Assembly: GCF_021028975.2 (NCBI RefSeq)
Contig: NC_059433.1
Location: 25,668,001 to 25,732,000, forward strand
Reading direction: 5' to 3'
Origin: Sphaerodactylus townsendi
Taxonomy: Eukaryota
Length of the DNA stretch: 64,000 bases
Of the stretch, positions 1-10,669 are shown piece after piece. The position numbers and the translations under genes were made by a program. The notes under the pieces were generated by a model. The model was not told the origin of the DNA and searched no databases. It saw only the letters and a list, made by a program, of their open reading frames with translations. The first letter of the stretch is position 1, and every line of letters starts with the position of its first letter.

Positions 1-1506
1 CGGTGTTTTCAGCATTATACTTCCAACTCAGTTCCAATATTTAAAAAAGGGCTGGGTTGGAAGAAATGTATCAAAAGCAACAGAGAGGCAGGGCAGGGGA
101 AGGGATTTAGCTCCCCTTACCTATGTGTTTAATTGTGAACAAATACACACATGCCTTCTATGATGTCCACTTTTGGCCCTAGCTTCACATGACCAGTGCT
201 GGAACAGGAAGGAAAATTGCACTAAATGGCTAGATGCACATGCAAAATCACCATCACAAATCACACATCAGGGGCAGATTTCATATCACCTCAACATACA
301 ATATTTTTCAGTTAAGGCAGCTCAGAAAGTCAACTGAACTAGCCGTTAATTGTATTTCCAGAAATACATGGCACAACACACACATTCCACAGATAAGAAT
401 TCTTATATGTATACACACACACACACACACTTGTACACACACCCTAGACTCAAGTTTCCACAGTCTCAGTTTCCTGAGCAATCATGGAAACACTGCTTTA
501 TGCGTTACTCCGGATAGACACAATTACCAGGAATTCTGCTCTGCCAAACAGAAGGATGTGAGAGAACTCAGGGAGTAGAATATCAAGGCAAAATTTTAAA
601 CTAAATTCACATGAACAAGATTAATTAGATGTTATTAAGCTGACTTCACTATAGAGAGGGGCAAGAAATGCTACCGCTGTTACATATTTATAGAGGTTTT
701 TACAGAACATAAATTGGAACTTATCCTTGGCTTTTGCAGGAACCATTCTCATGGGAATACAATTAGATTATAATGAAGGGGAAAGACCAGACATTAATGG
801 TAGTAGTGCGCATAATCTGCGTGTAGCCAAGTAACAATATGTACATACTTCCTTTTTAGATACTTTTTATATTTACCGTATGTCAACTCTTTCATTCAGT
901 TTTTGACTATTGAAAACCCGTTTTAGTACAAATTTAAATATTTATAATTCACATAATATTTCAGAGTCTGGCAAGCTTTGATTGTAGGAGCCAGTCCAAA
1001 GATTTAGGAGCCAGACTTATATTTCATCCTCCAAGGTTCAGTATTTTAATAGTCATCTTTTTTAAAGTGACTGCTAGAGATAAATATTTCAGAAAAAATA
1101 AAGGCATGTGAAAAACAAAAATAAAATATGGAAATGGGGCGGAATTGCAATACATGGGATATTTACTTTTCTTTCAAACTAATTTTGCTGCTTTAATATA
1201 AGTGCATAATTTACAAATTAAGAGTATACACTTGAACTATTTAATATATATGGAATTCAAAAGTATAAATGCCTTGTACAGTTATACGAGCAAAATTGAA
1301 AATATGCACATGTATCTTAATTTTGCCATCCAAAATGGAGGAAAAATATAAAAGCTGATGGTAGCAGGCAAACATTCTCAAATAGTTACAGCAAAATGAG
1401 ATATCAATACACCTGGAAATCAAGCTAAAGTTTATATCACTTAACTGTTATAATTAAATACATGGCATAATTATTTGCATCTCATCAATAAATTCATCCT
1501 TGAAAA

Positions 1507-2459
1507 TCTATATATATATATAAAAAGCTAACAGTGTATTTGTTACTGATGCTCTAACGCCAAAACGCCTGGACCGATTGCTTTGAAATTTTCACACAAC
1601 GTCGCATTTGCATGCGGCCAGGTTTTCATACTGTTTCCACTCCTCCTGTTGTGTACATGTCACAACTGTGCCCGTTATTGTGTACATGCCACACCTGTGA
1701 CAGTTGGAACCACAGTTCTGTTCTGCAACAGCGCCATCTGGTGGCCGTCAAAGCAACACCCTCTGATAAAACAACCATGCTGCCTTTGAAAACCCCTGCC
1801 ACCTGGAGTGAAAGGGATGGGGCCCACCATCTGGACATGGCCCACCCACCCTAGCGGAGGAAGGGGAAGGTGAGGGAGAGCCCGTGGGTTTGCTGGACCA
1901 AACGCTCTGAAATTTGAACACAACATAGCTCATGCCTCCCAGTGTGTTTTAAGCTACTTACCTAGCTCATGTACCACATCTGTCCCAGGTAAACCATAAT
2001 AACAAGCCCAGTTCTCCCCCCCCCACATAGGAACCAAAAGTCAAGTAGAAACGGATACCCTTTCATACACACATCTCTTAGGGGTGCGTTTCAGCCTAAC
2101 TGTGAGAGGTATTGTGTACACGCCACACCTGAGACAGTTGGAACCATGGTTTTGTTCCGCAACAGTGCCATCTGTTGGACGTCAATAGCAACACACTTCG
2201 CCTGCAAGGGAAGGGAGTGAAAGGGACGGTGTCCACCATCTGGACATTGGCCACCCACCCTAGCAGAGGAAGGGGAACGTGAGGGAGTGGGGTGCCATGC
2301 AGGGGAATGGGAAAGAGGGAGGGGAGCGAGGGGCCCCTTGCCCCTCCCCTCCCTTGCAAGCATGGTGCAATGACACATGTTAGAACCGTTCGCTTTCTCT
2401 TTTCTTTCTTTTCCACTTCACCAGACTAAGCCACAGCAACGCGTGGCTGGGTACGCTAG
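1507..2459 (+). mobile_element. Non-autonomous Helitron
   Basis: 5' end A|TCTATATATATA. 3' hairpin agccac-agcaacgc-gtggct (2429-2448) followed by CTAG|T. No TSD. Internal diverged direct repeat ~1663-1885 / ~2097-2290. Confidence 0.8.
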
Positions 2460-2485
2460 TATGTTATATATATCAACAGTAAACT

Positions 2486-2578
2486 CAAGTATACTTAAGT
2501 ATAAGTAAATTAAGTACAAGTAAATTAAGTAAATTAAGTATAATTAAATTAAGTATACTTAAGTATAAGTAAATTATT
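2486..2578. repeat. AT-rich imperfect tandem repeat (taagta / taaattaagta)
   Basis: Read directly; just downstream of the Helitron. Confidence 0.75.
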
Positions 2579-3600
2579 ATCTATTGCTGTAGATTTTGCA
2601 TAAAAGTTTCCATGCAGTACATTTTGAATAAGTAAAACCCTGTCTTTTAAAGCATTTGACACACTCCAAAAGAAAAACATTAATACACTTTTTTCAGTTA
2701 TCCTCAATAAGTTAACGATTTCTCCTTTGGAAAAATCAAAGTCCTCAGACATTTTCATGCTAAACACTTTGCCTATCACTTATTACAAAGGGGAAAATAT
2801 TGCATAATTTTTAGTGTACTGCCTGACTTTCCCACAGAAAAACTGGCGGCGGGGGGGGGGGAGTCTTAAAAAAAACCCCAAAGGTGCTATGCCATGTTGG
2901 TTGCACAAACTGGCCTGAAGCCAAACCGAAAAGGGTTTAGCGCAGATGTTCCATCACAGAAGGCCTGGTGGTGTTCCACAACTACTTTGTAAATTACCTA
3001 TTTTTGCAATATATTGTATTGAATTGTTTGAGGTATGCATTATACTATTTTAGTGCATTTTTCCTCTAATTTTGTAATTTGTTGGCTGTATATTTTTGTT
3101 TGCTAAGAAGTAAATAAACTATTTCTTTCTATGGCCTGTGCTACTATTATGTGAAAGTAACGGACAAATTCCAAACAGTATACTTTTCCTTCCCTATTGT
3201 AACAGTACTCGTTTGGAGGCTGCTTGCCTGCCTCCACATTGGTTGAGAGTGTCAGTTGTGACTTGACGGCATGTTCCACCAAATTGTAATAGTGGATCCA
3301 ATGCATTTTTGCATGGCTATTTTAAATTTAATGCACCATCCACAAAAATATAACTTTCCTGTACTAAGGAAATCAAATGATGTGCTAAAGATTGGAAGAT
3401 AGAAATTTTTAATAATAAAAGTTAATTATTCCTTATTTTTACAGCTGGTGGCAACAGATCTTATTGATGCTGCTACAAACTCTGATAAGAATTATGTACT
3501 CTTTGCATATCTCTGTTCTAGTAGGAAACAGCCCTTACTGTAAGGTAAAGGACTTATCAAGGCAAGCCTATATTGTTTGCAGACAATAAACTCTCTAAGC

Positions 3601-5135
3601 CCATGATGGCGAACCTATGGCACAGGTGCCAGAGGCGGCACTCAGAGCCCTCTCTGTGGGCACGCGTGCCGTCATCTCCCTCTCCCCCTTGCCCCACCAG
3701 AGGCTGCTGCCAGCAGACGCGTTGTGGGTCAGGCTGCACAGGCTGGCCGTGCACAAGGTGCTCTGCCGGCTGGGACTGAGCTTCAGGAAGGCCCTCTTGA
3801 GTCGACCTGATTGGCTGTACGTACCATCGAGTATCCTGGTAGTACTCATCCTAGTAGTGGAGTTGCTGGGAGAATACCCCCTCTCCTCCACAACGCTTGG
3901 GAGAATGGAGGCTGGCATGCTTTTCTTGGTGAGTAACTTTTGGAATCAAACTAAAACTTTAGGGGTAGGGTTAAAAACGGCAGCCTGAGCGCAGTGGTGG
4001 GATTCAGACGGCTCGCCCTCATTGGGATGAACCATTTGTTAAGGATCCCCCTTCCCTGGGAGAGAGAGAGATGGAGCTTTTAGTGCAGGGAGCCTAGGGC
4101 AGGGAGGAGAGATCTTGCAAGATCCCTAGGCTCGCAGTGCTCAGCAAGATATGCAAACTTAATTTTGCAGAGAGATCTCCTGTCCTGCAAAAAAGTCCAG
4201 ATCTTGCCTGGAGGAGCCCTCTCTGCAAAAGCAAGTTGTCTGCTGGGTTCGCTCCAGTGGCTTTCTCTGATCGTTGCCATTGGAAAGGTGAGGGGGCATC
4301 CAACCAAGCAGGCAGAGGGCAAGTCTGCCTAGCAAGCGGAGTCATACCTTCGCCCTCGGTGCGCTGCCCTGGGAAAAGTGCATCCTCCTTGCACACACAC
4401 AAAAAAGCATCCCTGGGTCCCTCGCTCCTCTGCAGCATGACTTTCAACGCCCAGATTGCATCAAGTCCAAGTTAGCAGCTTGGTGGTGTCTATGACAGAG
4501 GCTGATGCTGCTAACTACTCTGCAATCTGCTTGGGATTCAGGTTTTGGTATCGATTTTGCAGTGTGCTCTTCCTCCCTGGCAGTTTGCAGACTTGCCTGC
4601 AAGTTTGAAAAAGGTTCAGCTTCGCAGATTTCTGGGGAAAGTGAAAAAAAGAATCTGTGGGGAAAGTCTTCCCTTCTTCCTCCACCCCAGCCGCTCCTGT
4701 GGGCTGAGGTGATGCTGTTAGGAAATGGGAAGCTCTTTCAGAGATCGGGAAGGAAGAACTTGTTTTAAAGAGGCTGATGTTTGGGTCCATGTTATCTGTA
4801 ACTGCAACAGGTTGTCTCTGTGTGTGTTGTTTTCTCTCCCTTGCAATCAGTAATGTCTGAAAACTCCCCTTTTGCAACTGGATTTGTATGAGGCTGTCAA
4901 ACTTTAGTCCAAAATAAAGAAACTGTAGATATTAACTATACTAGTCTTTATTGGAAATACTAAAGACCAGGAACAGTAATTGAGGATTCTGAAGACCACA
5001 AGCAAAGTTTGGGCTTAAATTCCCTTGTCCCGTCCCCCGCCCTGCCCCCCTGGCCAAGTGTTGGCATTTGCGATAAACAAGTGGGTTTTGGGTCGCAGTT
5101 TGGGCACTCGGTCTCTAAAAGGTTCGCCATCACTG
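3601..5135. mobile_element. hAT non-autonomous element with captured ~1.4-kb interior (Pack-hAT-like)
   Basis: TIRs ccatgatggcgaacc / ggttcgccatcactg and 8-bp TSD ctctaagc (3593-3600, 5136-5143). The 70-80 bp termini match the elements at 16117 and 30555. Confidence 0.85.
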
Positions 5136-5796
5136 CTCTAAGCTCATCAAATATAGTAAGTGGCTGGGCAATCCAACATTTCCCAACACTGTTTAATATG
5201 ATACATGTATTTAACATGATAAATGTAGGCATCCTTTAAGACAGCCAAATAACTTGGGCAGATGAGGAACTGGGCACCTACACCTTTCTGACCTTAAGAC
5301 ACTATGGTGTTCTTCTCCTTGGCGGAAACCATAGGGATTAGTGGCTGGGAACTCCTGAGGCCAAACGGTCACACAATACCAGCAAATGATGGTTCCTTCT
5401 GATACACAGCAGTACTGGGATAGCCAGTGAGAAGTATCATTGCTATAACACACTTTTACTTTCAGCCTTTAGCTGTAGAAGGGAAAGAGAAGGAAATTGA
5501 CTTATCCCTTTGCTCCCCTTTTCCCCAGCAACTCCACTACTAGGATGAGTACTACCAGGATACTAATAAGAATCAGAGAAAAAGGACACAGGGCTTGCAA
5601 TCTCTATCCACCATCAATTAATGAACAATATTATCAAATTAAAAAATACACAAGTGACTAGGAAGACCCGTATCAACCAGGTAGTTGAGAAGAATTCTGA
5701 AATATAAATATTATAAATATAGTCAGTAGTCTCCTTGATGAAGTAGGCCATTCTAAAAGTATTTGCTATGTCATATACTACAGTAGCAGAATTTTG

Positions 5797-6237
5797 CAGC
5801 AGAGGCATAGTGGTTAAGAGCAGGTGTACTCTAATCTGGAGGAACCAGGTTTGATTCCCCACTCTGCTGCCTGAGTTGTGAAGGCTTATCTCCGTGGTGG
5901 CGAACCTTTGGCACTCTAGATGTTATGGACTACAATTCCCATCAGCCCCTGCCAGCATGGCCAATTGGCCATGCTGGCCGGGGCTGATGGGAATTGTAGT
6001 CCATAACATCTGGAGTGCCAAAGGTTCGCCACCACTGGCTTATCTGGAGAATTCAGATTAGCCTGTACACTCCAACACATGCCAGTTGGGTGACCTAGTC
6101 ACAGTTCTTCAGAGCTCTCTCAGCCCCACCTACCACACAGGGTGTTTGTTGTGAGGGGGGAAGGGAAAGGAGTTTGTAAGCCCCTTTTAGTCTCCTATAG
6201 GAAGGAAAGGGGGGATATAAATCCAACTCTTCTTCTT
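5797..6237 (+). mobile_element. Squam3-like tRNA-derived SINE interrupted by a MITE
   Basis: Box A/B-like head (tagtggttaaga...ggtttgattccc) and (CTT)n tail. Confidence 0.8.
5892..6037. mobile_element. Palindromic hAT MITE nested in the SINE
   Basis: Near-perfect hairpin centred on ggccaattggcc. 8-bp TSD gcttatct. Confidence 0.9.
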
Positions 6238-7320
6238 GAGTCTGTGGGAACCTTTGAAATTCTAATACAAAGGTTGCCGTGGAAGCGGGGGGGCAATTAC
6301 AAAACATCCCCTATGGGAGGCAGTCAAGCACAACCACGGAAGAAGTACAAGTGCAGGGGACAAGAGAGGTAAATATTAAAAATACACTGGGAAAAGAAGA
6401 GTCAGAGGCAAAATAGCACCAACACTGTAGTGGCTGCTGGCTGCATAGATACCAGTAATCAGATCTCCAGTAAGCAGTCAGATGCCCTGCAGAGCAGAAG
6501 CCAACCTGGCCCCACACACTTCCTAAAAATATTTGATGGGCACCAGGAAAGGAATTGGCAGGTACCAGGGTGCTTCCAGGCACCACACTGGGGACCACTG
6601 CAGCAAACAATCTACATGAGAACCAAAACATCAAACAAGGGAGAAACTGTTTCAAACGGCTGCTAAGAAAACTAAAGGATCGTTTGTCTTGTTCAGTATT
6701 TCCTCAACTACAAATTCAAAGAAAGCAAATTCTTGAAAACTATCAAGAGAATTATCAATGTGGCAAGTACATCATTTTCAACAACAAAAGGCCAAGAACC
6801 AGTAAGCTGAACATAGCATTAATTTTCTATCTAATTTCCAGAGATTTTGAAGCCAGGCCGAGTGGGGGAGAATGGCTTTTTCCATAAGATTTTCTAGAAA
6901 AACAGAACCACTGGGATAAACAGAAATAAGAGGAATATTTACATTTCTAACAAATCTAAACTTATTTTACTGATCTAACAACATAAAATGCAACATTTAA
7001 AACTTAGTTAACATATAACATTGTACTATTTGGACAGTTATGGAATTTTCCACTGGAAAAAATGAACAGTCTTTAGATTTTTTTGAAGCTATACATTTGG
7101 AGTGAATAAAACCTTGTCTTAAAAAGCATTTTCATTTGTTAAAAATGCAAATATTTCATGAGGGGCTTCCAAAACGTCCCAATTTTTCCACTAGACAAAT
7201 TCAGGAATGAATGTATTTGAGTAAGGAAAACTTTGGTGCAGTAGAAAACTTTTTCTCAATTCTAAAAGAGAAAATAGTTCACAGGAGGTTTTTCCCCCAG
7301 TGCTCCCACTTCCCCTATGT

Positions 7321-7500
7321 CAGTGGTTCTCAACATGTGGGTTGGGACCCCTTTGGGGGTTGAACAACCCTTTCACAGGGGTCGCCTCTCTGCAGTAGTG
7401 TTCTCCATCTGTAAAATGGATAAATGTTAGGGTTGGGGGTCACCACAACATGAGGAACTGTATTAAAGGGTCGCGGCATTAGGAAGGTTGAGAACCACTG
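7321..7500 (+). mobile_element. SPIN (hAT) non-autonomous MITE
   Basis: TIRs cagtggttctcaac / gttgagaaccactg and 8-bp TSD ccctatgt. The ends resemble recalled SPIN_NA/URR1 (gggggtcaccacaacatgaggaactgtattaaagggtcgcggcattaggaagg). Confidence 0.88.
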
Positions 7501-10500
7501 CCCTATGTTAATACTGGGGGGGGATCCCTATTCCTGCAGCAGTCCCAAATACTACCACACAAAATACTGGTCCTGAAGATGGGGGACCAATGGGACAACT
7601 TTAGTCCATCTGTTGCTGCATCCTCTTTCACACAGCAGTCAACCAGTTGCCAAGGACAGGCGTATTTGGAGGTCCACATCATATCTGGAAGTTCACAATA
7701 ATGACTGATGAATATTGAGTTCAATATCAACACTGTGTTGAAAATGTAGGCCCCAGTTTACAACACTTTTCTTTCCATGTTCAGTTGCCCTACCCATGTT
7801 TCAACCCTGGCAGAAAATATGACCAATAACACGGAGGGTGGGGTGGGAAAAAGAGACTGCCAACATTCTTTTGAAGAGTTAGTTGCCCTTTCTTGATGTT
7901 TGACAGCAATGTCTGCTTTGTATTTTCTCTCCTTTTTTTTGCAGAATACTTCTTTAAAACTACCATATCAATTCCCTGCGTCCAAGGCAGCACTAGCTGC
8001 TGTATGACAAGTGCCAAAAGAATGACAGATGAACTGTTGAAAACTCAACATGGAATTATTTTGTCAAGAATTTTTTCATCCTTTTCTAACCATTTTAATG
8101 AATTTTTAGAACGATGGCTAAAAACTCCAAGATAATGAAAAGCCTTATTGTGTTTTTGCAACAAACTGTCAGCCCAGGAAGGCACTTTAGATGCTAGTTA
8201 ACATCCCATTTTCCGGGACATCAAGTTTTAGTGCATAATTATGGGTTACCTCAGAGGTTAACGAAGTAAATGAATGCATACGCTGCTGTACAACAGTGAT
8301 TTGAAGGCATGACATTTAGTCCAATGTTTAAAAAATTAGTCTGATTTTGGGTCCATGCTATAAACGTTAGGCAAAACCCAGTCATAAAAAGAACTTGTTT
8401 CAAAGAAAAGAAAGCATTTTTTTCCAAAACTCCCCACAATTTCTCAAAATTTTCTATCAACGTAGTTGAATCCAAGGAAAATACTTTTTTTTCTGGCAAA
8501 AAGTTTCCTCTGCATACAGCCCAAGGCAACTCTCAGCTACACTGAATCAATATATTTGCTTTGTTCAATAAAAGTCAACAAAAAGACTGTTCATAACCCT
8601 AACTACCCTAGAGAAAAACGGAAATTTTGTAATAAATTGTTAGTTGCACAATTTTTTTTCCATTGCAGGCATTCTTCCAATGTTACATTGTGTATGTATA
8701 CACAAGTAGCATGTAGACAATATAAATATTTACAATCGGTTCGCTTCACCTTTTCGTCAAACCAAAGTAATAATCCAAGCAAACATAATTGGCCTACAGA
8801 ATTCACTAATAAACGTATATTTGATAAGAATGAAGTGTGTTTGATAAGAAACATTTTTACTCACCGACAATGTAAATGAGGAAAAATAAAAACCGTGGAA
8901 TACCTAAACTTTGGCATCCGTCTTACTAGTCAAGGGAAACCATACTTTCCCCTGTTTCTCCACTCTTAATCCAATTTATGTATGTTTTTGCATGTTTATT
9001 GTTCAGATGAGAGCTGCTCTCATATGCAAGGAAGGGCTATTGCCTACCATACAATCCTTCCCAACCACATGTGAGAATATTATCGTTCCAGCTGAAATGG
9101 GAAGCTGCAACACATCCAAACGTTCCAAAGTACATCATAAAAAAACCAAATCCCCCTTTTAAAAAGCACTTCACTTTGAGGACAGGAAAAGCTTGAAGAA
9201 AGGTCTTAAACTGGAACATTACTAAAATCTGCTACCTACTACTCTACCTGTCGTGGGCATACTTCAAGGGAACAGTCTCTGACAGATGCATTCTTAAAGC
9301 ATGAGAGGCATATCGTTCATACAACTAACTTTACGTTCAAGTCTCGCAGATTTTTACGAAGCACAACTGCCCGCATATTTGTTGCGTGCAATTAATTTTG
9401 TCTCTGTTCAAGAACAAATTAGTCAAACAATGCTAACATGTGGGAATTATTTTACTACGCTTTTCTCCACATTAATTGTAAACAACTCTTAGCCAGGTAA
9501 AAGTTCTTCAGTGGGCATCATATTTATTTAAAACAATTTAAAACCCAGATATAAAAGTGCATAAGAAGTCTTGCTCGCAACAGAACCAATGGTATTATTA
9601 TGGTAGGTAATGCAATAGATTTCTAGTTTCACCAAAAGAATGCTTAGAACAAAGGGGCTCAATGGCAGTCCAAGATGCTGACTCTCAAGGCTAGCAAGTC
9701 CCATTAATGCAAGTGGCACTTCAGGGATGATATCCAAAGAAATAGGGATACTGGAGGGCATATCAGGACAGCCATTAATGACATCTATACTGGAATATTG
9801 TTGTTCTCTAGTTCTTCTCCTCCACATACACATATATGGTGGTAATATGTCCGGTAAAGCTTGTACTCACCATTACAACTCTGTCAATATTGAACTGTGC
9901 TGTGATCACACCTTAAGCAACAATTAAACAGTTGAAAAAAATCCAACAAATCCAATATTTCTACATTTCCAACCCTTCTCCTCTCCTGAGCATTCCAGGG
10001 AGATTACAATAAATAATCTTGATAAAATATCACAATTACAATGTTTATAAAGAGTAATCACAAAAACATTAAATCACAAAATGGATGAGATAGTCATAAT
10101 TGTTTAAGGACAAACTACCTACTTCATAACTCTAGATATGTGACTACTGATCAAATCAGTGAGACTTTCTAAAATATGAGACCTTGCACAACACCTCTAC
10201 TAAGAAAGAGAAGCCCATATTACTAGAATCCTTTGTGGTTTAAAGTCTATTCAATCTCCCGTTCTACACATAAAGAACTTTATACACATACACAAGCTCC
10301 GACAGGTATTTCTCCAAAACCATCCACAATTGCACTGTACACTATAATTGTGAAAATGAGGCTGTTCCATTATAAAAATTTATCAGTGGAATAAGCAACT
10401 GATCCTACCGCTATAAACTTTAATGCATGCTCTAGTAAACTATAGTAATAGTTATATCTAAATTATGCTGAAGGATGAAACAGAAAACTAAACTTAGCAG

Positions 10501-10528
10501 TAAAGCACAATTCAGAATATCTCTCCAA

Positions 10529-10669
10529 GGCCCCTTCCGCACACACAAAATAATGCATTTTCAAACCACTTTCACAACTGTTTGCAAGTGAATTTTGCTA
10601 TTCCGCACAGCTTCAAAGAGCACTGAAAGCAGTTTGAAAGTGCATTATTCTGCATGTGCGGAATGAGCC
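10529..10669. mobile_element. PIF/Harbinger-type palindromic MITE
   Basis: TIR ggccccttccgcac, 3-bp TSD caa. Same family at 23317, 51141, 54620 and 62486. Confidence 0.8.

Noticed and set aside
2549-2779. Minus ORF with DFDFSKGEIVNLL, vaguely SH3- or Tc1-like
   Set aside because: Short, no other family motifs and no clear splice sites; likely chance.
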